From: Gnetum montanum | Lineage: Eukaryota > Plantae > Gnetophyta | DNA: 64,000 bases | NCBI GenBank assembly: GCA_015680685.1 | Contig: MNCI01001640.1 | Coordinates: 63,563-127,562 of the forward strand | Direction of reading: 5' to 3' | Part shown: positions 35,300-49,309 of the stretch, in pieces | Layout: each line of letters starts with the position of its first letter | Numbering within the stretch: position 1 is the stretch's first letter | Made by a program: the position numbers and the translations under genes | Notes under the pieces: model-generated | Database searches by the model: none | Told to the model about the DNA's origin: nothing | Seen by the model: the letters and a program-made list of their open reading frames with translations, nothing else

Positions 35300-38033
35300 A
35301 CATGGGTAATTGATAAATTAAATTTTTCTTAGCCACAATATTAGGTATCCAATATCAAAGCTATGGTATCAAATCCCTAATCTTAAGGCACAAGCTATAA
35401 TGTCATGTATCTAATATTGCATACATATGCAGGCCTATAAATAGAACACTTAGGTGCACCATCCACACATAGTTTCATTTCACACTTAGCAAAATTCCAT
35501 TAGTTTGTTTTCTTAATTTTAGCACTTAGCACTTACGAGTGTATGCTTGTACTTTGATGTTTAGTAATCGAATGCAGTCTTTAATTGAGTGGAATGTACT
35601 TGGACACATTTGATACATGGAAATAAAGATCAAGATTACTCTACATCATTGCAACATCACTTAATCTTTATTTCTCACACTTAGAATAATTTTACTATTT
35701 TCACATAGCTTAACATTTACTATTTTCATTAGTTACTGATTTACTTTCTATGTAGTTTACTATCCTGGTTGTTAAGTGGAATGAGTATGACCAATCTCAA
35801 ACACTTAAGTGTAACTACTTGGTAACCCAGTAGTACTATCACTCAGTATACCCAGTAGTGTGGTACTTAGTAATCCTAGTAGTAGTTAAAGTCCAAGGTA
35901 TGAATGAAAGGTCAAGACTGGCTACTCATCGCATACAATAGATTAGATTTATTTACTATTACTTAGAATTAGAAACCCTTAATCCATGTTCTCTAGGAAA
36001 ATTATGGCCAACAAAACATCATTATCATATGAATCACTATGAGTTAAACCATACACATTAATTTTACTAACTCACATGGGAAGACAATAATTATGAACTC
36101 TAATCAATTATTAGCATAATTACATTCCCTTGTCCATAGAATTTAACTAGGCTATGCATGAACACTCGTAACTCATATGGTTGGATGGTGGACTACTTCA
36201 CTGCCTATCATTAGTGTCATTACTGGGGACTCATCAATGTTATGCTAAGTAATTGATTTCTCAAAGTTCATTGTGTCTAAAACAAAAACTCAAACCTTAC
36301 AACTATAAGTAAAGCTTACCTAATACACAATGTCTAAAAACTATAATATGGCTTCACATAAAGATCAAACATCACTTGCCAAGGAGACAAGAACGAGAAT
36401 TGGCAAAATTATTAATGAAGAAGAATGGATTATGCCAATGCAGAAAAGAATCACTTGTGTTCACACTAATCCTTACCATCTAGAATTTACATTCATCTTT
36501 TATTAGTATAATTAAATGAGGTGGAGGGATGTACAAGGAAACATAGTCCTACCTCTAGAATGTGCAACACTTAACATTCACCAAACTACATTAGGAGGAA
36601 TGAAATTGGACCAAATATAGGAGGGGTATCATGTGACTCAGCATATGACAAGATCCTATGAATCTACAAAGGATCAAAGGAGAAGAGATGCTACCATGGA
36701 GATCAAACATATACATAGTAAAGGGAAGTAGGGAAAGACTTCTATTGTCATAGAATAACTTGATGCTCATACATTCAATTTAGAGAAACTCCACCAACAC
36801 CTTGAGGAGCCTTCAAAAACACATGTCATAAAACTTGAAGAACCTATCAAAGTTGAACTTCCTTCAACTTTAGCATAGACACATAAGGGGGAGGCTACTA
36901 ATGCTAGATATAAGTAGGAGTCAACGTTAAGGGTCCCAACTAAATCCTATAAAGAATCATACAAGAGACATGAAAGGAGAATAGGATGACACCTTACTCT
37001 TACTACCTCATCATGATCATTAGAGAACTCTAAAAGGAGATGACATAAGTACTGGGACTCTAATAGGAAAGAAAGGAGGACTCATGGTCATCATGACTGA
37101 TATTCATGATGTTCTAACATAGAAGATGAAGAACGTGAATGAAGAAGATGAAGGAATAGAAGAGAGGATTAAGAGAGATATAAGCATAGAGGGGTTTACC
37201 ACTACAACATAGCATATGAACCCCTACTGGTAACATGAAGCATGATAAACATCTAGGAAGATATCTACATACCAACCAAGAACATGAGAGAGAGTTGAGT
37301 CAAATGGCTTAACATGAACAATATGTTAAGATTTTAAGGTGGCTACAATGTTAATCTATAGCATCACCTTTAAGCTTTCAATAATTCTTATTCCCTTCAA
37401 AACATAGAGTGTGAATGGAAAAAATTAAAGCTATTTCCTAGAACACTGGTAAAGGAAGTAGAGAGCTAGTATAGGTCATTGGAACTTGAATCCATTAGAT
37501 GTTAGAGTACGATGCTCAAAATATTTAATGAAAAATACTAGACATATTCATGAGTGTAAAACTTATGAAAACAAATGTAGGGATGGAATCAAGGAACTCA
37601 CAAGACCTTTGATGCAATAATGGGCAGATATTATTCACTGTTACATAGATGTCTAGGCCATGGATTTTCATCAAAAAAATAGCTTAAGCACATCATAGAT
37701 GGGTTTTCATGTAAGACCAGAGAGATGCTTAGGGTTTATGCCTAAGGAAGATTATCAAAACTAACCATCCATTGCATTCAAAGGCTAATCAATCAATTGC
37801 TAAAAAAGGAAGATGAACTCAGAAAGAGAGAATCAATTGAGAAATATCATAGAGAGCCATCCATCCAAAATAGGGATACATGAGTTTGAAAAGCATAAGA
37901 GTAAGAAACCTAAGAACAAGAAATTTAGGAAAATAATCTACCTATTCAAAAATCAATTAATTATATAGTAGCCAAGGTAGAAAGAGTCTAGGATTCAATT
38001 AATGAGAAATCTACAACTTTAAAGATTGATGAA
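35300..38033 (+). mobile_element. Highly decayed LTR-retrotransposon 5' region (LTR-like block plus gag-like remnant)
   Basis: CTATAAATAG at about 35435 then a T-rich U5-like tract; 37300-37800 resembles the gag of element E in opposite orientation (RF.GG.N.NP..HL..F...C; HRC.GHG..). Confidence 0.5.
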
Positions 38034-38996
38034 TGGTGGGTATTCCTACACTCAACCATATGAATACGAGTGTCGCACGCATGATCCAGTCGAACTCTAT
38101 AGACTAAATGCCTACATGCTGCTTGGAGCACTTGGGGTTAATTAGTTCGTTATCTTCCTAGGCTTACTTGTATGTGTCATGGTGTATGGTTAAGCAAGTC
38201 TGAGGTATCTGATTTTTATGTTATTTTCTGGTTTTATGTCTTCTGCATGATGAGGAAAGGGTTGAGAAACTAATACTAACTCTAACTAACGCACTAAGTT
38301 CCTAGTGTCAGCATCCACTCCCACTTACCATACACAGCCTGAACTATGCAACTGTGGCTACCAAACGCTAATTGTTACTAGGATAACCACATGTAATGCA
38401 TGTGCTCGAAGTGGTTGTATTCAGGCACTTAACTAACCTAAGTGTGATAAGAATCTATTCCTCGGCTAACCGTACACATCCTTGAATGATTGTAACCAAG
38501 TCGTACTTATCCCACGTCTACGAGTTTAGGGTGAGAGAGACTAATCGCGATGAGTAATCGATTCCTTGACTAACCGTACACATTCATAAATGCTCGTAAT
38601 CAAGTTGTACTCATACCGCGCTAATGCAGGTAATAAATAACATGTAGGAAATAACATGTAATAAACCTATCCATGTACTACAAGGTTTATCCACAAAGCT
38701 CATCTTTATTTCCATACACAACTTGCGTTCAGGTACAAAGCTACTCGAATAGAGATCCGTTCACTTGGGGACTCCTACTACGGGCACATGGAAAATAATC
38801 TATCTCTGGGATGATCAATCCGCCAGAGCTTTGCTACTTTAAGCCTAGGATGATGAATAAGAGAAGTGCCTCCACTTATTTATAGATATGGCGGTGGACC
38901 GCGATATCACATATGCGATATCGCAAGGGACAACGCGATATCGCGTACGAGATATCGCGATGGCCACGATATCTTGTGTGATATCGTGTCCCATCA
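38034..38996 (-). repeat. 3' LTR of element E (963 bp)
   Basis: Termini TGATGGG...CCCACCA; GGGGG-containing PPT directly upstream (38997-39005); TATA near 38880; GCGATATCGC palindromes in U3. Confidence 0.8.
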
Positions 38997-41099
38997 TACC
39001 CCCATGAATAAATGAAAACTCATCCTCAAGTTCATTACAATGATATCAGGTAGGTATGGAATTATTGAGGGAAATGGAACTAATGGGATGACATGTGAAT
39101 GGATCATTATTACAAGACTTGAAAAAACTAGTGTTCATAACAACAAGGATGAACACCTTATTACATTGTCATCAGGCCACATTTGGCAGATTGAGAGAAA
39201 AGAGAAGAGAGAAGAGAAGAGAAGAAAAGAGAAGAAAAGAGAAGAATTCTTGCTACTTCCAATGCCCATATTGTCCCTTTCGTTGTCCATCTGTAAGTGC
39301 ATCATCAATCCTTCTCCTTGCATAGCTTCTTCTAGTATTGCTCCATTCCAAGTGCTCCTTCTAGATTCGGTCCTTTATTGCTTGATCACCATCTACACAC
39401 ACAACATAGTCTTATATTAGCAAGGGTAAATGAATTTCAATGTGGTTATACCTTGGTTCAGTGTAAGTCCATTGGCTAGGTTTTGGTATGGCTGATATGG
39501 ATCTGGGAATATATAAATGATGGCTACCGAAGGTGTAGGGGTTAGGAAGAAAATCAAAAAAAATTGGGGCTAGGAGAAAATTAAAAAATCAGGCCCCGTA
39601 CCCCCATGACTAATTACGAACCTCTAGTAGCCTTAGAATGGAGAAAGGAAAGGAGTATGAAAGATAGATAAAAGGGACAACTAAAACATCAATTAAGTGG
39701 ATGTCAAGATGGAAATGAACAAAAGATAATGAATTACAAAATGTTAAGGGAAATAATTTAACTAAGGCACTAAATAGGAATGTCAGTGGGTCCTCCCCAA
39801 AGCAGGCTCATGCCCTTAAGGCCCTGACAAACCCACATTCAAAGAGTCCCTAGGCTTTTGGAATGTCCTTTGAAACAAGAGTTAAAGTCTCAACCATAAG
39901 AATTTACCAAAAAGAAAACAATGCATCTATCAAACTATACACTAATTATACAATCAACATTGAGGTGAATAGTGGAGAGAAGGGTGGAGAGAAGAGGATG
40001 GAATGGAATCCAAAGAACAAGGTGTTGTACAACCCCTTGTGTGTTGTATGATTAATGTGACTTAGCAAATATCATTCCAACTTTAGCCTCGAACCAACCA
40101 CATCCAGTGACTTCGCATCAATACACTTGGCAGAACCATCCACTGGAGTAACAAGAATGCATCTCCTAAAGCTACCACCATCCCGATGAAACAAAGGAGA
40201 GAATGGAAAGCAAGAAGGGACTTAGTTAGAGGGAACACTTTTGGTTCCATAAACGGTGCTTGTAGCCCAAATTTTATTTCGTCGAAGGGGTGTGCTTTGA
40301 ATCCTTACTTTGGTTTGGTTTTCTTTTTTTTTTCCTTTTTTTGTGTTTTGTATTTTTATGCATGAGAACCACACCATGCAAAGACTTTTTATTTTTATTG
40401 CCTCAGCTTCCAAAAATTGGGTAACATCGGAATGGCAAGAAAACTCAAGAAGAAAACATCCAAGCACCTAAGAGAATGGCCAACACAAATTCATCAAGTT
40501 CCCTTGAAGTCACATCCATTCAAACCTTAAGTCCTTCCTTAGTTTAAAAAGCACCCAGTCACCAATTCATTAAAGTTCTTATTAGAAAGGGTACTGTACA
40601 TTTTCAAGCCAAGATAAACCATAGAATTTGGTGGATGGATGGATGAAGTGGAATCATTTCCTGCCATATCAAAAGAATATACCTTAGTGTCAACATTGTA
40701 ACTTAAAGGTAAAAACCAAACGTTAGCAATCAATGAAAAATAGTTCATATCATCATTCCAAACACTTATTGGGTGACAAACTTACATGGTTAATGGCACA
40801 CACACATACAAAAAATGGAAAAGTATAAAGACATTGTAAACAAAAACAAGAAAATTTAAAGAAATTTGTAAAACAAATATGTGTAAAACAAAAATGTGTA
40901 AAATAAAAACTTAAAAGAACTGAGGGCCCCATATGATTAGCATAGGTGGCCATCTCTCCCATGACTAAATTGTAAGGGAGAGATCCAAAATAATGAGCAA
41001 GGTTGTCCACTGGTGGAGGTGTAATTTGTACTGGAAAGTTTTGGCTCATGGAATGGTTTTTTTATTGCACATTAACCAATAGTCTTTTATTTGGCTATC

Positions 41100-44000
41100 A
41101 AGTTTATAAATCATCATGGCTCTAGAGAGGAAGGTTGTATGAATAATATAAGGGCCTTCCCACAAGGTTTGAAACTTAGTACATTGTGGTACATGCATGG
41201 GATTCTAATAGAGGACCTTGTCTCTTGGTTGGTATCTAAACCTTCGGATCCTCAAGTCATGACACTGCTTGTTATGTGCCTTGTGCAACTCATTTAACCA
41301 TAGTGTAACCAATCTATTCTTTTCTAACATGTTTAGAGTTTCTAAGCATTGTTTTTGTGCTAGGTCGAGATCCAAGTGAAGTTCGCAAGCCATGGATCGT
41401 GTACGAAGCTCATTTTGTATTGGGAGTTTTGGTAGTTTCCTGTACACTCGCTCATAGGGAGAATATCCAATAGAGAGCTTCCAAGTGGAGCGATACGTCC
41501 AAAGAGCATCATTCAGTTTCGTGCTCCAATCATGCCTAAATTTGCTAATTGTTCAAGTTAATATTTGTGTAATCTCCCTATTAGTAACCTCGGCTTGACC
41601 ATTAGCTTGGGGGTGGTAAGGAGTGATCAATTTATGCTCAACCCCTAAACGTTGCATCAATTTACGAAAGGTAGCACCTGTAAAATGTGTTTCATTATCA
41701 GAAACGAGTGCACGTGGCACACCAAACTTGTTAATGATTTTTTGTTGTACAAAATGTGTGGCTGTAGATGATGTGCAGTCAGTTACGGTGGCTGCTTCAG
41801 CCCATTTGGTTAAGTAATCAATAGTGACGATGATGTATGCTTTTCCGTTGGACATCGGTGTAATTGGCCCCATAAAATTGATTCCTGAGCTATCGAAGTG
41901 TTTGAGAGGTTGGATCCATTGTTGCGGACCCTCCATTCTAGCAGTCATTCCACCATCTCATTGACATCGTTCACAAGATTGGGAGAAATGATGGGTGTCC
42001 TGAAATAAAGTTAGCTAATAATATCTTGCAAGTAGGACCTTGGTGGCCATTCGTTTCCCAGCATAATGATCCCCATAGGGGCCCTCGTGAGCATCCTGGA
42101 GGACTTTCAATTGATCTTAATCAGGTACACACCATCAAACCAAGCCATCAGGACAAACTTTATAGAGTTTTCCTTCAATTTTCATGAAGTACTTGGTTTT
42201 GTGAAGAAACTGTTATTTCTTCCTAAAGTCCAACCCTTGCGGTGTTTTTTGGGAAATGAGATAGGTGAGAATGCCACTATACCAATTTATTTCCATGGGT
42301 TGATCATTTATCACACTGGCAAAGAGGGTTTCATCAGGAAAATGGTCAGATACAATATATTCATCCACTTTGTTGTCCCAACGCAACTGAGATAAGTGAT
42401 CTGCAACTACATTCTCGGTGCCCTTGCAATCTATGATTGTCAGATCAAACTCCTAAAGAATTACCAACCAACGTATGATATGTGGGCTGACCATTGGTTT
42501 GTTCATAAGGAACCTAATTGCACTATGATCCATATGGATATATACTTTGTAACCCAATACATAATGCCTAAATTTGTCCAGTGCAAACACTACAGCCATT
42601 AATTCTTTTTCGGCAGTCGTGTAGTTGAGTTGTGCACCGGTGATACTCTTACTAGCATAGTGAATGTAATAAGGTCATTTTTGTTCATATAGTTGTGTTA
42701 GTACAGATCCTAAGGCATAATTAGATGCGTCGATCATGATGTGGAATGGCCTAGACCAGTCAGGGGCTTGTAAAATGGGAGTTTCTACAAGCCTCTGTTT
42801 AAGTGTTTGGAATGCTCGTTCACATTCCCTGGTCCATTCAAATGGAGCATCTTTTTTCATTAATTCCACCAACAGCTTGGCAACTTTAGATAAGTTTGCA
42901 ATAAATATTCTGTAGTAGCCAGTGTGTCCAAGAAATGACCAAACATCTTTGACAGTTTTTGGTTGTCAGGTAATTCCTTGGATGACTTTAATTTTTTTCG
43001 GATCTACCTTGATTCCTGATTGTGAAATTTTATGTCCTAGTACTACACCCTTCTGAACCATCAAATGGCTCTTCTACCAGTTGAGTTTTAGGTTGGTTTC
43101 GACATATCGTTTCAATACTTGCTCCAACCGGTCGAGGGCTTGATCAAAGCTTGTCCCATAAGTGGAGAATTCATTCATAGAGACTTCTACCCCGTTCCCT
43201 ATTTGTTGCTGAAAGATGCTTAAAACTAATCGTTGGAAGGTGGTAGGAGCATTGGATAAGCCAAAAGGAATTTGTTTATATGCAAATTTTCCCCAAGGGC
43301 TGGTGAACATTGTTTTGTCTTGGTCTTCTGGTGCAATTCTTATTTGGCTATACGCATTGTACCCATCTAGAAAACTATAGTAGCGATGCCCTATTATCAT
43401 GTCTAAGACTTGGTCAACAAATGGCAGAGAAAAATGATGTTTGAAGGTTTCCATGTTTAATAGCCTAAATTCTATGCATACCTTCCATTTATCTCCTTTT
43501 TTTGGTACAATTACAAGAGGGCTAACCGATTCGCTATCAGCAATGGGATAAATGAACCCGGCTTTGAGACGTTGTTCTATCTCTTCTTTTACTATTTGTT
43601 TTAACTTCAGGTTCAATTGCCTTTGTAGTTTCTTGCGAGGTTTCATGAAGGAGTCCATGTAAATCCTATGCTAGCATATCCTAGGGTCTATTCTAGTGAG
43701 TTCAGGGTATGACTAGGCCAAGGCTGTTGGCCACTTATTTATAACTTTCAAAAAACTTTCTTTTTACTTGGGAGCAAGTTTTACGTTGATGATTACTAAT
43801 TTTCCATTTGTAAGGATCATGTATTCCAAACCGGTGGGTAACAGTTTCAATTCTAGGGGCTCTTGTTTAAATTTTTCAGGAATCTCCAACTTCCTCTAGT
43901 TAATGATTTCATGGTTAAGGTTGGGAAGTTGGCTATGGACCTGTTTGAGTGTATCCATGCTTTCAACATAAGTGCTCATTATTCCCTTAGTTACTTCCAT

Positions 44001-46400
44001 GCATGTAGTTGAATCGTTCTCTTGGTCAGCCATTAGCCACTGGGTGTCTTCTTGTTATGTGGCTACTGCATATAGGCACTTCTGTATGTCAATGTCCTGT
44101 GCACACCGATTACATGTGGGCAACATTAAACTCCATGTTACCCATGATTTCTACATGCAATGATACCCTGTGTCACTATATGTGATGCATGAAACTTTCT
44201 TCTTCTCAATCTTTCCAAGCATATTTTTCTTAGAGATTTCTAGGGAAAGATTGTGTATTCCTAGGCATGTGTCTAATATGCTCAATCATGCTCTTCCCAT
44301 TATTATTAGGAAATCCCCTTTGTCATTGTTTATTTGGATTACTAGGAAATCAACTGGATATTACCAACCACCAACAGTGGTAACAGTGTCTTCAACCTAT
44401 CCCAAAGGGATAGTGATAGATTAATCAACCAACTATAAATGGATATTGCTCTTCTTAAGTGGAGGCAAGTTCTAGGTCTTGTAAAATTCTTGTGAAATTA
44501 AGTTGACTCGGGAGTTGTAGTCAAGAAGAGCCTTATGAGGTTCATTCCCAAAAACTTGGAGATAATCAGGGAGCTTCCCAGATCAGAGAATTTCTTGGGA
44601 AGGTGGCCTTCCTTGATCCAGTCGTTATCATATGTGTGAACATAACTGTGTGCATTGGCCTCAATTTCTTGATTGAAGGGCTTCCTGAAACCTTATTTAG
44701 CACATAAGCGTTTAGGTGTTCAACCGCTTGTGAAGGTGAGGGCTTAGCTAGATTGTTGGTATTAAGGAAAGGTCTTTTCAACGTGCGATTGTTAGGACCA
44801 ATTGAGGATTGAGGCTTATAATCCCTTGTGGTATTGGGTTGTCATGGTTGAGGGGGAATTACTCTTGACTTTGTTGGAATGGTTGGTGGTGGAGCTACTG
44901 GTGTAAGAGATGCGATTGGATTTGGAGGATAGCATGGGTATGGAACGTTTCTGGAAGGAGGAGTCTGGAAATGCTCCTAAACTCAGTAGTAATGTGGAGG
45001 GTTTATGTGACCCATAGAGTCACCTGGAGGAACCGGCTGCTACACATAATAACCATAAGGATCGGGCTGCCGGTAAGGGTACTGTTGTGTTGGCGATGGC
45101 ATCCCCCATGACTATGGGTATTTCCACTGCTGATATTGTCCAATGGGCTATGGTAGAGTTCCACTTGGATAATACGTTAGTGGTTGGCAGAACTACCTTG
45201 GGTTACCTTGTGCATAAGGTAACCTTCGGGGTGCTTTTCATTGGTTGAGTCTTAGATTTAGCGCATATACCCCAGACTCCTATAGATGTGAGATGACTGG
45301 GCAACATCCCTTAGGATGGTCATAGTAGCAGATCTCACACCCACTATCATCATCTATGTCAGAATTTATAGCCTCATCGGAGATAGGAATTTTCCCCTTA
45401 CCCTTGTTATGTGCAACGCTTGAATTTCTCCACTTTGTTTTACCTCTGTCACTACTTTGTTCCTCCTTAGACTCTTCTACGATTTTCAAGACTGTTTCAA
45501 TTCTTGAGTCTAAGAAATCCCACATTTGGTCCATCTTGGCTGATACCTCGGTTGTTAATTTTTGGATTAGCAAGGTTTTCGAGTTCACCAACTCTTCGAG
45601 TGGTGACTCATCCTCCTCATCACAGAATTTCACTCCCTTCTTTCGAAGGGAGGAATCACAGTTGTATTCTTCTGCACTTTCCCTCTTACATAGTTCACCC
45701 TCTTCTTGCACTACTTGTTCCAACAAGCTATGTACTTCATGGGGTCTAAGTTGTGACAGCCTCCCTTGGGAATAAGTCCCAAGGGTTCATCTTGTTTCGT
45801 GCCTTAGCCCATCCACGACGTGGCGAAGTTGATCCCGTTGAACGTACCCATGGCCCAGGCAACGATGTAACAATGTGTAGTAGCAGGTCATGGTAGCATC
45901 TAAGGGTTCATAAGCACCTTGTTTCTAGCCTTGGATTTGCTTATGCAAATTGGACACTCTGGAGTACGTTTGATATTTTTTATGAAGATTTCAAGCATCG
46001 TACTCCACCTCCTAATGGTTTCTAGTTCTAAGGACCAGTACCAGCTCTCTACTTCTTTAGTGAGTATCCTTGGGAACAACTTAAGCTTTTTCCACTCATT
46101 GTCTATATTCTATAAGGTACAGGCATTATGGAATGCCTATAAATGATGTTGTGGATTAAAATTGTATCCCCCTTCAAAACGTGGGATATTATTTATGTCC
46201 AAACGCTTAATCCGACTGTCTTTTAAGTTCCTTGTGGGAATCCTAATAGCCTCTGTAATTTCAAGCATACTTCAGGTTGCGAGTAGGGGCTCATCATGAT
46301 CATCTCTTTCATGAAATCTGTGATGTTTTCATGGTTCCCTACTCTCCCTACGTCCTTACCCTTGTCCTATCTCTCAACCTTCCTATCAAGGTCTCTCATC
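41100..46400 (-). pseudogene. gag-pol of element E, degenerate
   Basis: gag with C-x2-C-x3-H-x4-C (CEICYYDHPKGCC) near 45300; protease ALLD..SRVNL near 44520 and IIIGRA; RT 43070-43660; RH 42400-42870; INT 41200-42100. Confidence 0.9.
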
Positions 46401-46899
46401 TTCCTTACTTTTACCCTCATCATTATGTTCATGATGGCTACGCCTAGATGTGGAAGGAGAGGGTGAGTGGTGAGAAGGAGAAGAAGAAGAGGAGCCATCA
46501 ACATGGCAATGTTTCTTACCTTCTCTTCGGCTACTTTGGCTTTGATCATTATAACGATCTAAGTTTCCATCCTTAGTGTGAGTGGTTGTTCCTTCCGTGA
46601 ACAGTTGCCGTTCACAGGGATCAGAACCCGTAATATGTATAGTTGATTGAAGACTCTGATGCCTAACCTCTTCACCATTACAAGGAGGGAGAAAATCATT
46701 TCCTAAAGAACCCATTATGAGGGGTTCATCGTCTCCTATTTAACTAAGGACATGTGGGACCTTGCCCTTCAACAGTGTATGTTGACTCTCCTGCCTTAAG
46801 TCCCTCATACATTGCAAAGTTGTGGGATGATAATCCCTCCTATCAAACTCTCCAACAACGTATTCAACAAATAGTTCCTGCATGCTAGTCTGTGCCACA

Positions 46900-49162
46900 A
46901 ATAGTTTTAGGTAAGATTTAATGTTGGTGTACCACTCCTAGATATCCGTAGAGCTTACAGAGACTGTGTGTACTACCTAACTGATAGGCTCTGTACAATC
47001 AGTAATCGAAGTAGGAAAACTTGCAAATAGGTGTGGTGGAACGTTTAATGCTAGGGTGGCCAAGGTGTCTGCTATGATGTTTTCATTGCACTACATGTGT
47101 TGAACATCCGTTGTTGTAAACTATTTAGGAAAATTTTTCGATAGGTCATGATAGGGCTGCAGATGTGTAGCTTTGCAAGTGTAGACCTCAGTGATTTGAT
47201 TCACGATGAATTGTGAATCATCGCAAATCATGAGGTGTTGAATGCTTACTTCTTGGGTTGTTAAGAGGCCCTTGAGTAATCCTTCATACTCTACCATGTT
47301 TTTCATAAAAAGGAATACAAAATGATAAGCAAAGAGTTATATTTCCCTAGAGAAGAATGTAATTACGGTAGCTGCACTACCTCCTTGCATAGTTGAGGTG
47401 CCGTTGAAATGCAAAGTGGCTTCAAGATGTGATGGGATAGCGATGATGGTGCTAACATGATCATTAGGGAATTCACAATCTATCATTTCCCAATCATCAA
47501 TGGGTGATATCGTGATTTGCATAGCTATAACTTGACCTTTCATTGATGATTGGCTCCCATAATGCAAATCAAATTCTATGGTTATGGCTTTTCACCAGGC
47601 TATCCTACTACTCTCATATAGATTTTTTGTGATAGCCTAGAGTACATTGCTCTTGAAAATGATGTTAACCATGCTATGAAATAGATAATTCCTCCATTTT
47701 TTTAATGCAAAGACTAGGGAAAGGTAGTTTCTCTCCACCTCATTGTAATTTTCCTCATATGCTATCAATGCATGACTTAGATAATACACTAGAATCTTAG
47801 AGCTATCGTCTCATCTCTGACATAATAGTGTCATGATAGACGTGTTTGAGGTGGCAAGGTAGATGAAGAAAGGATTATCCCTCTATGGTAGGTACACAGT
47901 CAGGAGGTGTAACAACTCTTTCTTCATATCATCAAAGGCTTGCTAGCATTGTGTTGTCCATTCAAAGTTAACTCCTTTCTTTAGTAGATGTTGCATGGGA
48001 TGTAACTTGTTAGTCAAATTTGGTATAAACCTTTTGATGAACTGTACTCTACCTTGTAACCCACATAATTCTTTAAGGTTTGTAGGGGCTGCTAGATTAT
48101 CGATGGCCTTGACTTTGTCAGGGTATACTTGTATTCTAGCCTTTGATGCTACAAACCCTAACATGCATCCAGTTCTTACCCAAAGACACACTTTTTTGGG
48201 TTAAGGATTAAATCACGCATCTAGCAGGACTTGAGGACTACACCTAGATCATTGGGATGATCAACGACCTCTTTATATTTGACTGCTATGTCATCCATGT
48301 AGTCTTTCAGCATTTCTAGGATGTAGTCACTAAAGATGTATGTCATGGCTCTCTGGTAGGTTGCTCTTGCATTTTTGAGCGCAAAGGATATCATAGTGTA
48401 ACAAAACGTACCGCATGGGGTTATGAAAGTTGTTGTTAAATGATGCTCTAGCTTGATGCAAATTTGGTTGTAGCCGAAGAAATCATCCATGAAGGATAAT
48501 AGAGTGTGACTGGCCGTAGTGTTGATGAGTTGATCAATACTTGATAGTGGGAAGTCATCCTTGATCATGGCTTTGTATAGATCCCAAAAGTCAATATAGA
48601 TTTGTATTCCTCTCATTTTCTTAGAAACCACAATGATGTTTGACACCCACTCTGAGTAATTAACTGCATGGATGAAACTAGCCTAATATAGCTTGGTGAT
48701 TTCATCTCATACAGCTAGTGCAATCTTTGGTTTAACCCTAGGAGCCTTCTGCTTAACTACTTTCATATGTAGATCTAAGATAATGTTGTGCTGTATAAGC
48801 CTCAGATCTAAACCCAACATGTCATCGTATGACCACGTGAAGACCTCGATGTTGTCTTGTAGTATCTTGGATACATATTTCTGTGTTTGTGAATCTAGAA
48901 GGGAGCTAAGTTTTAATGTTTTTATTTCTCCCTTGGATGTGGTCCTAGGAATTTCAATGAGAGGGTCCTCAATTACATCCCCAACATCTAAATCTAAGGA
49001 TTGGACTAGATGTTTGGGCTAGTCTGGGAATGTTTCTAAGGATGCTATGGTGCTATCTGCAGATGATTCCCAATCTATTCACTCTAGGTACAGTTATCTT
49101 GCAAGCTCATCATGTAGACCTGTTAAGGCTAGAGGTGAAGAAAGATCGTGATGCATTACCAT
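46900..49162 (-). pseudogene. pol: pol (RT-RH-aRH) of copy F
   Basis: ATG 49162 (MVMHHDLSSPLALTG); SFMDDFFGYNQI, LKNARATYQRAM, YMDD; aRH LHFNGTS, EYEGLLKGL, NENIIADTLA. Confidence 0.9.
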
Positions 49163-49309
49163 TCTTACTCAACCTACCACAATGATATAAATGCCAAGTC
49201 AAGGAATACCTATTTGTAGTAGCAACACAGAGTAGACATTTGCAAAGAAATAATGAAATATGAAAAAACATAAATGATTGAAAACATGATACAAAGTTTT
49301 CAGTTAACC

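Larger units (their letters stand above)
38034..46900 (-). mobile_element. Athila-like Ty3/gypsy element E (gag, PR, RT, RH, INT, about 2 kb 3' region, PPT, 3' LTR); 5' LTR missing
   Basis: RT IYPIADSESVSPLVIVPKKG...HHFSLPFVDQVLD; RH PDWSRPFHIMIDASNYALG; INT DYLTKWAEA...TPYHPQANGQAEVTNREI; no aRH. Confidence 0.9.

Noticed and set aside
39195-39245. Lys/Arg/Glu-rich peptide in ORF 39040-39420
   Set aside because: It derives from a simple GAGAA purine tract in the non-coding 3' region of element E
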